A program made the translations under genes and the position numbers. Below the pieces are notes generated by a model. It saw only the letters and a program-made list of their open reading frames with translations, was not told the origin of the DNA and ran no database searches. A DNA stretch of 61,557 bases from a virus (taxonomy: Duplodnaviria > Caudoviricetes), in IMG/VR virus record IMGVR_UViG_3300014165_000002, positions 1 through 61,557 of that record. The stretch is one strand, 5' to 3'. The stretch's first letter is position 1, and each line of letters opens with the position of its first letter. Positions 9,243 to 19,202 of the stretch are shown here, in pieces.

Positions 9243-10085
9243 TTAGGGCGTGCCCCACTTAGCTTTGAGGTAGGCTTGAGTGGCCGAAATATTGCCACTG
9301 GACAGCACGCCGGAGCACAGCACAATCTCGCCGAAATATGCGTTGGTGTTGTATGCGGTCTGCGCGCCAGACGCGATATAGGCGATTGATCCTGTGCGAG
9401 AGCTTGATGCAGTGCCTCCAGAATCGAGTGAAGCGTTGAAATACGATGATCCGACATTCGCGGAGGACATTGTCCAAGTTATTGTTTCATATGCCGACAC
9501 TGCGTGGTTAGTTGTGCCAGCATATTGATAGCTTTGATTCGTAGTATAAAGATAGCTATCAGAATACCACAGACCATAATATTTGTTTCCAGACGATAGC
9601 GTAGAACCAAGGATACAGGCTATCCTGACTGTAGAAACTCGTTTGACTACGGCAAACAATGTGTATCCAGCCGAATCGAGGTTGATGGTGCTGGCTAAGT
9701 TGAAAAATTGCACTGTCGGCGACGAAACAAAATACATCGCGTTGAGCCCGCTCGGGGCGACAGCAGTTGCGATGTTCGGCTTGGCCCCGGAGACGCTCTG
9801 CGTGACATTATTGCCGTTCCCGCTCAGATCATTCCATTGACTGACAGCGCCGCCGGAGGAAGTGATTGACGCCGCGTTGCTGGCGTCAAGCCAAAGACTG
9901 AGCCCGGGAAGCGACGCGGGGGTGAATGGTGCAGACGCCGCTGCCCCCCAGAACCCAAGCGGGACCGTTCCGTCGGCCCGGCCTTCAAGCGCCGCATATG
10001 CCGCCAGTGCAGCCGACCCCTTCAAGAACTGGCGACGCGGAAGGATAATGCGCGGGCTCAATGGAAATACCCCTGCCAGACGCAT
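9243..10085 (-). CDS. LamG/concanavalin-like lectin domain protein with a Tat signal (fibre-associated)
   Basis: RRQFLK; LSLWLDAS...VSQWNDLSGNGN...GEIV...AYLKAKWG. Confidence 0.75.
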   Translation of the reverse strand: MRLAGVFPLSPRIILPRRQFLKGSAALAAYAALEGRADGTVPLGFWGAAASAPFTPASLPGLSLWLDASNAASITSSGGAVSQWNDLSGNGNNVTQSVSGAKPNIATAVAPSGLNAMYFVSSPTVQFFNLASTINLDSAGYTLFAVVKRVSTVRIACILGSTLSSGNKYYGLWYSDSYLYTTNQSYQYAGTTNHAVSAYETITWTMSSANVGSSYFNASLDSGGTASSSRTGSIAYIASGAQTAYNTNAYFGEIVLCSGVLSSGNISATQAYLKAKWGTP

Positions 10086-12220
10086 TGCAAGGTCGATCCG
10101 TCGAAGGAAAGGCACGAAACGATGTCCTTGGCTCCCAGCGTCGCGGTAAGCGTCGGAGCCGTGCCGGATGGCCACGTGACGTTGCTCCACGTCCCTACGG
10201 TTTGCGTGCTGCCGCTCGCCGGCTGGATGATTTCGATGTTGTAGGGGCCTCCGCCCGCGACCATCCCCGTGGGCGTGAGCGTGTAGGGGCCAGTCCCCGA
10301 GACCAGCGTCACTGTGGCCGTCGGGCTTGCCCCCAGCGACCAAGAGATCGGCGAAGTAGACGCCGACAACGCTGGCGCGCCGATAGAGGCGGATACGACC
10401 AGCCAATTCGTGCCGTTCCACTGGCCCACGACCGCGCTGCTTCCGCTTCCGGCGATCGGCTGTCCGATGACGGTTATGGCCGAATCGGTGAAGCGGTGAA
10501 TCTGGCCGAGATAGGCCGGCGCGCCGGAAAGCACGCCCGGCGCATTGGCGTAGGTTGTGCTGTAGGGGATGCTATCGTCGGTGAAGGTAACCCCTGTGCC
10601 GCCGGAGACAGTAAACGTATGATCGATGCCGACGCCAGCCTTGACCACATTATAATCTACGATCCCTCGACCATAATTTCCTGCATCGTTTATGTCAGCC
10701 GTCGTAATAAAATTCTGACCGTTTGTCGAAGTGGAGTGCTGAATGTTCAGATTGTGAATGCGGAGTTCGCCGTCCTGCGACGATTGTGCGTAGGTTACCG
10801 TGTAGATACATCCCTGCACTTGGGCTCTTACAATTACGCTGTCGTGGAAACTCGCCTGTTGCGAAAGACAATTGTTGGAATAGGCAGAATTTAGGTTCTC
10901 TACTTTGGTATGCTCTCCAAGATAGTAATTCGTGTTGAACCCGAAGACACTGACCGTGTCTATTTCCACGAGGGCGTTGTTGCTCTCATATGGTGTAATC
11001 AGCCCCGTTCCGCCCGAGGTCGACGGCGCAAGGCCACCATGACCGCCGACCCCGCCATTAATATAATAGGTAAATGCGACCATCGGGCTAATGTTGACGA
11101 TGCCTTCGAATTTCAATTGTTGCACACCGCCCGCACAGACGCCGCTGTTGGTCGGATTGATGCCGGTATAAATGGTCATATCCTTCATCTTAAATAGGAT
11201 ATTAGACTGGCCGTTTGGCCCGGACGCATTATAAGCGCCGATCACGCATTGTGCGTTGGTCGATCCATTCTGCGTTGACCACAATATAGACCCGAGATCA
11301 TTGACGACATAATTTTCGCTGTTGGTCGGCGTGTCGCCGATAAACTCGATTTCCCCCGAGATCGCTGCTCCATTGCCGACCGAAGGCAGCACGATCTGCG
11401 CATATGGCGCCGAGCCGCCAAACGCGCCATTGATGATATAGTTGTCGTAAGGGAAGTATACTTTCCCTACCCCGCCGCCAATGGCGTTGACTGCAGCTTG
11501 AACGGCCGCTGTGTCGTCAGTTCCATAAATATAATCAACATTTGATTGCGAGCTTAGTGCATTAGTGCCAAGTGTTATGGTAGATGCTGAAGTATAACCT
11601 GCAATGGTTGTTGAAAGGTTGGCAGTGCCGCCGGAGTTACCAGCAAAATTGATGCTGATGACCTTGTTGCCGTTCGTCCCCGTGCAGCCGGTCCCGGTCT
11701 GACAATCGGTCGAGAGGAAGGGCGAATTTGTCGAGTCGGTGAATGCCGTCGTGCTGATGGTCGTGCTTCCGGCGCCAAAATGCTTGGCGCCGCCCTTTGC
11801 GCCATAGGCTGCGGATTTGACGTTGAGGACAACCGGACCGCCGACGACTTGATCGAATTTCGCAGGTCCGCCGATGATGTTCCACGCCACGGTGGATGGG
11901 CAGACGCCAGCCCCGCCGCCGACGACGAGCGCTCCCGCACTGAGCGCGGCACTCATCGTCAGGCTCGTCGTGGACGTCGCGCAGACGACGCCGCCCGAGG
12001 TTGCTCCCGTCGCCGCTTGCGGAAAGGCGATGGACGCGCTCGAAGCCGATGAGCCGAGAAGGCCTCCAGCGCCGATCGTCAGAAAATTGCCGGTCAATCC
12101 ACCTGTAATTGGCGTCGAGCCGATAGCGAGAGAGCCGCTACCGCCGCCCTCGAACACTTGAGCATGCGCCCGGGAAAAAAGAGCGGCCAGCATCGCTATT
12201 GCAGCAAGGATATCCTTCAT
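10058..12220 (-). CDS. Tailspike/tail fibre with a predicted beta-helix and Sec signal peptide
   Basis: MKDILAAIAMLAALFSRAHA|Q; YGAKG...GTDDTAAVQAAVNA..GKVYFP pectate-lyase-3-like start; C-terminal WPSGTAPTLT...DIVS fibre motif; lower GC. Confidence 0.8.
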   Translation of the reverse strand: MKDILAAIAMLAALFSRAHAQVFEGGGSGSLAIGSTPITGGLTGNFLTIGAGGLLGSSASSASIAFPQAATGATSGGVVCATSTTSLTMSAALSAGALVVGGGAGVCPSTVAWNIIGGPAKFDQVVGGPVVLNVKSAAYGAKGGAKHFGAGSTTISTTAFTDSTNSPFLSTDCQTGTGCTGTNGNKVISINFAGNSGGTANLSTTIAGYTSASTITLGTNALSSQSNVDYIYGTDDTAAVQAAVNAIGGGVGKVYFPYDNYIINGAFGGSAPYAQIVLPSVGNGAAISGEIEFIGDTPTNSENYVVNDLGSILWSTQNGSTNAQCVIGAYNASGPNGQSNILFKMKDMTIYTGINPTNSGVCAGGVQQLKFEGIVNISPMVAFTYYINGGVGGHGGLAPSTSGGTGLITPYESNNALVEIDTVSVFGFNTNYYLGEHTKVENLNSAYSNNCLSQQASFHDSVIVRAQVQGCIYTVTYAQSSQDGELRIHNLNIQHSTSTNGQNFITTADINDAGNYGRGIVDYNVVKAGVGIDHTFTVSGGTGVTFTDDSIPYSTTYANAPGVLSGAPAYLGQIHRFTDSAITVIGQPIAGSGSSAVVGQWNGTNWLVVSASIGAPALSASTSPISWSLGASPTATVTLVSGTGPYTLTPTGMVAGGGPYNIEIIQPASGSTQTVGTWSNVTWPSGTAPTLTATLGAKDIVSCLSFDGSTLQCVWQGYFH

Positions 12221-12387
12221 TTCACATTTCCCGGGATGAGGCCATGTTTCGTGGTTGCAGGCAAATGCGCCGCATTTTTCGAGAAGCCGAAAACCGGAAC
12301 GCCATTGATGAACTTCGGCTTTTTGCCGACCTTGGCGCGCGGCGCCTTTCGGGCTTGGCGCAGGGGAAACGCTGGTTCCGGGATCAT
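12217..12387 (-). CDS. Small basic protein (56 aa)
   Basis: MIPEPAF...; ATGA overlaps with both flanking genes. Confidence 0.5.
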   Translation of the reverse strand: MIPEPAFPLRQARKAPRAKVGKKPKFINGVPVFGFSKNAAHLPATTKHGLIPGNVK

Positions 12388-15300
12388 CTCAGGCCCTCGC
12401 GCTTGCGTTGAACCGCCTCGATCGGGATTTCCCGATGTCGCGCCATCATCCAGCCGCGCGCCGATTCGCGTGACGTGCGGAAAACGTGATCGATCACATC
12501 CCTGCGCACATGGTCGGGCATGTCCAGCCATTGCTGAGAACCTATGATTCGGTCAAGGTTCTGCTTTGCCAAATGCCCGGCGACGGTCGCGAATTCGTCG
12601 TGCTGCTCGTCGGTCAGATGCACGCCGCGGATCTTGCGTTCGACCGCCGTCGGCCAACAGCCGAGCCGCAGCATTTCCTGGTTGACCGGATCGGAGCTTT
12701 GTTTCTGCTCCCAAATCGCCGTGGCATCGAAGCCAAGGCCGGCGCGAGACGGGGTCGGATTTCCCCAAATGTCGAGTTTTGGCCGCAGCCCTTCTGAGAC
12801 GAAGGGGATTTTCGCCTTGATCGCGTCAACCATGGTGCGCGCGTCGCGCGTGTAGGGGTCGACCGCCCGCGCCATCTGCGACATGCCGACGCTGAACGGG
12901 ACGAATGATGCCAGTTCGTTGCGCACGTAATAGCCGCCGTAGCGCTCCGGGTCGTGGATCGCGCGCAACAGGTCCGCCGGGCCCCGCACGAAACTTTCGT
13001 CGAGCACGTTCTGGGCGATGGCGTGAATCAGCCGACCGGCCGCGTCGCTGGCCTCCTCCTCGGGAAGCCGGTGCATGATGTCGAACAGGTCCGCGGCGAT
13101 GCCGAGTTGCATGCCGAGCGGCCCGAGCCGCTTATAGGAATACCATGTATCGCCGATGCGCACGGAATAGGCCTGCTTGCCCGCCGCCTGCCAGACCGAG
13201 CGCTCCTTGGCGTCGTCCGGCCCGGAGCCGGTCAAATAGCCTTCCGCCGCGATGGCGCCGGCCGTCAGCGCCGTAGCTGTGCCCCAAAGCATCCGAGCGC
13301 GCGCCTTGTCCATCGCGACCGGGCCGTTCTTGCCCAGAAGATCGGCGCGGATTTCCGGGGCCATCCAGCCCAGCGCCGTGCGCTTGAGAATGGCCTCGTC
13401 GAGCACATTGGTCGAGATATGGACGAACGGCATGACGAATTTGCCGAGCGGGAAACCTGCCACGTCGATCTGGTTGACGAGCGAGGACAGCTTGCGGGTG
13501 AATGTGCCGCCACTCCCCATGAGCGAGGCGACGCTGGCCTCGCGGTGCCCCGCCTCCATCATCTCCTGCGTCGGCTTGGTGACGAGTTCGGCGACGCGCT
13601 TGTCAAGGTCGGCGCCTTTGAGACCTTCGCCGGCCGCGTTGCGATAGGCCAGGGCGTTCTTCTCGACCGAATAGGCCAGGGCGCGCGTGAAGCTGTGGAA
13701 CGCCGCAATGAAGTTGCCCGGAGAGCGGGCAAAGTCTCCGATGGGAAGCTCGCCGGCGCGGATGCGAAAGTTCGGGATCATGCCGCGGCTCGAATATTCG
13801 AGCGCCACGGCGGGCGACCCCGTCTTGCCCGGCTCGACGATCGCGCCGGCCGCGCGAAAGGCGTCTTTCAGCCCGGTGATGACGCCAAAGGCCGCCGATT
13901 TCACATCATGGACGCCGGCGGCTTCGTTGAGCGGCGCGCCCTCGCCGCGGAAATATCCACCGCGCAAGGGCTTCTCGCCGGGCAGTTGCACCGTCGCGCC
14001 GCTGCGCAGTGACCGGAAAGCCGCCTCGGTCGCCGGCAAAAAACCCTGCGCCAGCCCGCGCGCGCCGGCTGGAACCTCGCCGAAGCGCACGCCGGGCTCC
14101 TCGCCGCCGCGCAGCGCATGCAAGCCGGCCGCCACCGCCGTCTCCGGCCCGAGCTTTTGCACGAGCGAGATCACGTTGCTGACGCCATAGGTGATGTGGG
14201 TAATCGGCCCCGAAACCAGTCCGTTCACCCAATACTCGAACGCCATCCGGCCGAAAGTGCGCTTTTCCGAGTCGTGCAGGAATTGCGCGACGCCTTGCGG
14301 CGACTGCTCGCGCCCTGCCATCTGCGCCTCGAGATGACTCTGATGAAATTCCTTGCCTGTGATTTCCTTCCATGTCTGGAAAAAGGTCTTGTCCTGCCCC
14401 GCGCTGGCGCCGACGTCCTTGAGGATGCGGTTGAAGATGCCGAGAGCGCGCCCCGCCTCGGCGCGCGCTCCGGCGAATTGCTTGATGATCGCCGCCCGGA
14501 GCGCCTTTTCGCTTTCGTATTTTGCCGCGTCGCCAGCCTGTCCGGCCTGCCAAACGCGGTCGTTCATCCTCTGGATGGCGAGGGAATAGGTGTAGATTTG
14601 TTCGGCGTTGTGAGCCTGCCCGATTTGGCGCGACAAATCCTCCGGCGCGACGCCCATGGCCGCCGCCATCTCGACCGTCTGGCCGTGGGTGATCTGGCCG
14701 CGGCGGTCGCCGACGAAATCGTCCGTGTCCTTCATCAGATCGCGCAACGCTTTCGCGGCCTCGGCATTGTCGCCGGCCACTTCGCGCACGAGATTGTCTA
14801 CAGATTGAAGTCGGCTTGGCTGTCCGATGGGGGATTCTGGAGGCCTTGGGGCGAGTTGCTCGATTGGGGATTTGTCTCCGGCGGGTTTTCCTGCTCCCAC
14901 GCCACTTGTTTCCGGCGGAGTTTTGCCCCCGCTCGGTAGCTTTTCGCCAATTGCAGCGCCACCTTTGCTTGGCTTCGCGGCAGGTTTAGCGCCTGCCTCT
15001 CCAGCCTCTCCGCCTCCTGTTCCGCCGCCAGCGCCTGCGCCAGTGGGTTCGGCGGCGGGGATGGTTGCTCCTGGTCTGGCCCCGGTTGCGGCTCTTGTGT
15101 CATCGGGCAACTCCTCGATCTGGCGGTCGATTTCTCCGAAGAGGCGGTCTGCGGCAGGCCCAGCTTCTTGCGGCTCGATCGTCGCGGCGTCGGCATGATG
15201 CACGTCGGCGAGCGACATGGAAGGCTCCGGCGCCTCGGCGACGACGTGGCGCTGTGGCTCTTCGGTCAGCATGCGGTCGAACACGGCGCGGATTTCGTCA

Positions 15301-18300
15301 TTGATCGGGGCCTTGATGCCGCGCAAGCCCTGATAGATGTCGAGCATCCACCGCTTTATCTTTTCGAACACGCCAGCGAGACCCTGCGTCGGCGCGCGGC
15401 CTTCCGTAAGGTAGCGCTCGAACGCGCGGGCGAATTTCTCGTGGTGGCGCTCTTGGATGTTCTCGGCGGTCGAGGGACGGCGGTTGCCGCGCGCGTCGCC
15501 GTTGAACCACTTTAGCACGGTCTGAAAGTCGGTTTTCAGTTGCTCTGGCGCTTCCTCGTGGCGCGCGTCGCGCTGCATTTGGTCGAGGAAGTCGTGCGAG
15601 CCTTCGTGGACGATGCTGGAGAAGTCCGCCTTTTCGAAGAGGGAAACCATGCGGCTGGGGAGGTTGATCGCGGCCTTGGCGTCTTGGAAGAGGGGGAAGC
15701 CCTCATAGGCGGCGGCGTGCGCGAGTTCGTCGGTGATGGCGACGGAATGAACTGGCGTCTCTTCGCGAATTGTTCCTTCGCGCTGGCCTGTGCTTTCCCA
15801 TCCGGTTGCGTTCCCATTCTCGCCCACGTGCTCAGCGGCTAGCGTGGAGTTTTCCACCTTCGCGCCGAATTTCTTGACGAGTTTGTTGACGGCCTTGGGG
15901 AGAATGTCGTCGTAGAAGCCGCGCATTCCCTCGCCGCCGACCTTGAGGTCGAGGCCGCGAAAAACCTTGACTTCTGGGGCTTGATCGTGGTCCGACGAGC
16001 CTTCCCCATCGAGTATTTTCTGCGCCATCTCCTTGCCGACGACGCCTTCGAGTTCCTCCGGTTTTACGTAATGTTGGTCGAGAACAGCACGGTCATCATG
16101 ATCGTAGGCAGACAAACCAATCAGACCATCTGAGTCCTTCCAATGATAAAGTTCTCTGATTTTCTTGCTCAGGTCATACCGATCCGCGCTCGTTTCTCCC
16201 GTGTCCCACGACAGCCGGTCGTAGCCGTGATCGACGGCGTAGCGAAGCATACGTTTCATTGCCAATTCTGGCCATGAAGTTTTAAAAGGTGCGTCAGGGA
16301 CGTGGCCATAACCCTTGTCTCGGTTGCTCAGTTCGCCGAGCCGTGCCGCATCGTCGCCGTTCATTGTTCCGGCGCGCTGCTTGGCTTCAAGATCGGAAAA
16401 CTCTACTTTTTCAGCCTGGGATAGCGGCTCCGTGTATCCCTTCTTACGCCCCTCTTGGTGCCAATCGCTCTGGACCTCGGCAATATGCAGCACCTTCTCC
16501 CCGTTCGGCCCTACGCGGTCGTCGAAGCGGATGTGAGAGATGATGTTGGGCTCTTCCCAATGGGCGGATTTGTAGTCATTTGGATGCGCCGCACCTTTTC
16601 TGTATTCTACTTGAAGTTCATTGCGTTCGTTCTGATGAAGTTCATCAAACGAATCAACGTCAACTCCCTTATTTTTAAGGAAGTCATCAAATGATATTGG
16701 CTCTTTTTGCGGCAGCGTCAGCAGCATCTCACGGTAGTTCTCGCCGCCGGGGAGGGTGTATTGGGAGTATTTTACGCCTGGAATCGGCACATTATTGTTG
16801 CGTAGGAATTCAGCATGATTATCGGTTACGGGTTCTCCGCCCTTCTCTACTTCCTTCACTTCAATCGAGTTCGCCCGCACATAGTCCGTAATTTGCGCGC
16901 GCGTGACGGCACCCTTCTGCTCCTTGAGCCAGTCCTCCAGCCCGAGCCACTTCATTTCCTCCGGCTTCACGCCAGCGGTGTTTTTTATCGTCGCGAGCCA
17001 CTGTTGCGGGCTGGCCTTTTCCTGCTTGGCGGATTCGATGGCGCGGCCAACGGCGGAATAGAATGTCGAGGCTTTGGCACCCTGGAAAAGCTCCTCCCCG
17101 CGCATTTCCTCCAGCCGATAGCGAACATCGTCCACCGTCGCGGCATGGATGGCGGGTTCCGGCTTCGGTTCGGCGGCGCGCGCCATCGCCTTACGCAACA
17201 GCGCAGCCGACTCGCCGGTCACTTCCTGCCCGTTCACGATCAGCGGCGCGCGCTCTTCATCCGTCCCGCGCGGCGCCGTCTTCTCGGCTTCATCCACCTT
17301 CGCGCGGAGTTGCGCCGCCGCCTCGCCGGTGATGCGCTGGCCGTTGACGACGATACTGCCGTCGTCCGCCGGTTTGAGGACGGCCTTCGCCCGGCGCGCG
17401 CCTTCCGCCCGCTCGCGCTGAAACTCGGCGAAGGCGATGTTGCGGAAGTTCAACGCTTCCTTGTGGTAAAGCTCCTCGGCGGTCTCGCCCGTGCGCCAAG
17501 CCGCGCGCGTCGCCATGCGGGCGGCGACGACATGGCCCCATGCCTTGGCCTTATCCGGATCGATGCCGACATTGGCGAGGCGTGCGGCCACGTCGTCGGC
17601 GATGCGCTGGCGCATTTCGGGAGGGGTGACACTCGGCTGAGGGGCGGGTGGGCGGGTTTCCTCTGGGGGGTGGGTGGGTTCGGTTTGTGGGGCGGTTGTG
17701 GCCACAGTTTCCGCAGGAGCGGCTTCTTGTGGGGTAGTTGTGGCCACAGTTTCCGCAGGAGCGGCTTCTTGTGGGGCGGTTGTGGCCACAGGCTCGGGAG
17801 CCGGCCCGTTCGCATGCTCCTCAGCCCGGCGCAGCGCAGCGGCGATCTCGCGCCCGGCGTCCATGCGCTCCATCGTGGCGGCGGCGAGGCGCGCCCGCAT
17901 CGCGGCGGTTTTCTCGCTCTCTTGCGCCGTTCCGGCCGCCCAAGCCTCGCGCCGGGCGTTGATGTCCTCAAATTCGCGCGTCGCCTCCCGGATTTGCGCG
18001 CGCATGCGCCGCGCATCGGGGCCGCCGGTATAGCCGTTGTGGGCATCGACGTGGTCGTTGTAATCCTGGATGAGGTCGTTCATCCGGGTTTTGGCTTCGT
18101 CCCGCATCCGATCAGTCGGGTTCATCGCCTCGGAAATGCGCGCCCGCAGGCTTTCGCGCTCCTCGTCGAGCGCGTCGGCACGGTCGAAGGCTTCCGGCTC
18201 CATCTGCCGGGCTTTGGCGTGGAGATCGACCTCGGCCGGCGGCAATTCCTGCCGGCGCATGTTCTGCGCGTCGGCCTTCGTCTCGGGCGATTGCTCTTTT

Positions 18301-19202
18301 GTCCCATCGAACACGCCCTTGGTGATGCCTCGCCCCATGACTTTTACATCAGCGGCCTCGGCTAAGGTCGGCATGGCGCGCGGCGCGCCCTCGCCCTGGC
18401 GCAGAACGTCGGCGGCGGCGATGCGCGCATAACCCTCTTGCGCACGCGGCAGCGCGGCGATGCGGTCAGTCAGCGGCGTGATCGCGCGTGAACCAAATCC
18501 CTCAATCGTCTCGCCCAAATGCGTTGGGCGGTTGAAGATCATGCCGAAGCCGGTCGAGATGGCGATATTAGTCCAGTCCGGGGATTGACCTTGCTCAAGT
18601 TCCTGCGTCAACTCCAAGCCGCCAAGGATGCCGCCACTGACGAGAGAGCGCGTCGTCGGGTAAGCCATAAGGCGCTGGAACAAGCCTGCGTTCTCGCCAA
18701 CTTCGGCCGCCTTCCCCCAGAATTTTGCAGGGCCGCCCGTTAGCGCATACGGGGCTAATCCGCCAAAAAACGTTCCGGTTGGGTGCTCCGCCGCAGCCGC
18801 TCGCCCATATTCCTCCAGAGGATCGCGCCATGAAGCGGGGAGTTTCGAAAAGGCGAGGTCTTGAGCCTCTTCTGTTTTTCTTCCTGCATAAATGCCGCCG
18901 GCTATCGCGCCAGCGAAGCCCAGAGCCGGAGCTGTAACTTCTGCCAATGGGCCGCCAAACAGGCCAAGGGTAAATCCGGCCTTCCCACCGGCGGCGGCGC
19001 CCGCCACTGTTCCCGCCGCAGGGATGAGCGACTTAGCTGCGCTAAATGCGGTTGCCCCCAATAGGCTGGTCTCTTGGGGGAGCGGCTTGCTGGTGTCGAG
19101 AATGTCAGCGAACGGATTCTGCTCGTGCGTCGCAGGCGTCTCATCCGGCGCCGATTGATCGTCGGGCTGCAATATGGCCGTGAAGGGGTTAGCGCTGTCC
19201 AC
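12384..19202 (-). CDS. Giant internal virion/ejection protein with polyvalent-protein domains
   Basis: 2272 aa; N-terminal Gly/Ala hydrophobic segments; EVQSDWHQ-motif domain; zincin-like HEGSH...HEKFARAFE; C-terminal YS.RIGDTWYSY.RLGP. Confidence 0.8.
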   Translation of the reverse strand: MDSANPFTAILQPDDQSAPDETPATHEQNPFADILDTSKPLPQETSLLGATAFSAAKSLIPAAGTVAGAAAGGKAGFTLGLFGGPLAEVTAPALGFAGAIAGGIYAGRKTEEAQDLAFSKLPASWRDPLEEYGRAAAAEHPTGTFFGGLAPYALTGGPAKFWGKAAEVGENAGLFQRLMAYPTTRSLVSGGILGGLELTQELEQGQSPDWTNIAISTGFGMIFNRPTHLGETIEGFGSRAITPLTDRIAALPRAQEGYARIAAADVLRQGEGAPRAMPTLAEAADVKVMGRGITKGVFDGTKEQSPETKADAQNMRRQELPPAEVDLHAKARQMEPEAFDRADALDEERESLRARISEAMNPTDRMRDEAKTRMNDLIQDYNDHVDAHNGYTGGPDARRMRAQIREATREFEDINARREAWAAGTAQESEKTAAMRARLAAATMERMDAGREIAAALRRAEEHANGPAPEPVATTAPQEAAPAETVATTTPQEAAPAETVATTAPQTEPTHPPEETRPPAPQPSVTPPEMRQRIADDVAARLANVGIDPDKAKAWGHVVAARMATRAAWRTGETAEELYHKEALNFRNIAFAEFQRERAEGARRAKAVLKPADDGSIVVNGQRITGEAAAQLRAKVDEAEKTAPRGTDEERAPLIVNGQEVTGESAALLRKAMARAAEPKPEPAIHAATVDDVRYRLEEMRGEELFQGAKASTFYSAVGRAIESAKQEKASPQQWLATIKNTAGVKPEEMKWLGLEDWLKEQKGAVTRAQITDYVRANSIEVKEVEKGGEPVTDNHAEFLRNNNVPIPGVKYSQYTLPGGENYREMLLTLPQKEPISFDDFLKNKGVDVDSFDELHQNERNELQVEYRKGAAHPNDYKSAHWEEPNIISHIRFDDRVGPNGEKVLHIAEVQSDWHQEGRKKGYTEPLSQAEKVEFSDLEAKQRAGTMNGDDAARLGELSNRDKGYGHVPDAPFKTSWPELAMKRMLRYAVDHGYDRLSWDTGETSADRYDLSKKIRELYHWKDSDGLIGLSAYDHDDRAVLDQHYVKPEELEGVVGKEMAQKILDGEGSSDHDQAPEVKVFRGLDLKVGGEGMRGFYDDILPKAVNKLVKKFGAKVENSTLAAEHVGENGNATGWESTGQREGTIREETPVHSVAITDELAHAAAYEGFPLFQDAKAAINLPSRMVSLFEKADFSSIVHEGSHDFLDQMQRDARHEEAPEQLKTDFQTVLKWFNGDARGNRRPSTAENIQERHHEKFARAFERYLTEGRAPTQGLAGVFEKIKRWMLDIYQGLRGIKAPINDEIRAVFDRMLTEEPQRHVVAEAPEPSMSLADVHHADAATIEPQEAGPAADRLFGEIDRQIEELPDDTRAATGARPGATIPAAEPTGAGAGGGTGGGEAGEAGAKPAAKPSKGGAAIGEKLPSGGKTPPETSGVGAGKPAGDKSPIEQLAPRPPESPIGQPSRLQSVDNLVREVAGDNAEAAKALRDLMKDTDDFVGDRRGQITHGQTVEMAAAMGVAPEDLSRQIGQAHNAEQIYTYSLAIQRMNDRVWQAGQAGDAAKYESEKALRAAIIKQFAGARAEAGRALGIFNRILKDVGASAGQDKTFFQTWKEITGKEFHQSHLEAQMAGREQSPQGVAQFLHDSEKRTFGRMAFEYWVNGLVSGPITHITYGVSNVISLVQKLGPETAVAAGLHALRGGEEPGVRFGEVPAGARGLAQGFLPATEAAFRSLRSGATVQLPGEKPLRGGYFRGEGAPLNEAAGVHDVKSAAFGVITGLKDAFRAAGAIVEPGKTGSPAVALEYSSRGMIPNFRIRAGELPIGDFARSPGNFIAAFHSFTRALAYSVEKNALAYRNAAGEGLKGADLDKRVAELVTKPTQEMMEAGHREASVASLMGSGGTFTRKLSSLVNQIDVAGFPLGKFVMPFVHISTNVLDEAILKRTALGWMAPEIRADLLGKNGPVAMDKARARMLWGTATALTAGAIAAEGYLTGSGPDDAKERSVWQAAGKQAYSVRIGDTWYSYKRLGPLGMQLGIAADLFDIMHRLPEEEASDAAGRLIHAIAQNVLDESFVRGPADLLRAIHDPERYGGYYVRNELASFVPFSVGMSQMARAVDPYTRDARTMVDAIKAKIPFVSEGLRPKLDIWGNPTPSRAGLGFDATAIWEQKQSSDPVNQEMLRLGCWPTAVERKIRGVHLTDEQHDEFATVAGHLAKQNLDRIIGSQQWLDMPDHVRRDVIDHVFRTSRESARGWMMARHREIPIEAVQRKREGLR
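17685..17791. repeat. 42-bp tandem repeat, about 2.5 copies (VATTAPQEAAPAET)
   Basis: Unit ttgtggggcggttgtggccacagtttccgcaggagcggcttc at 17685, 17727 and 17769. Confidence 0.95.
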
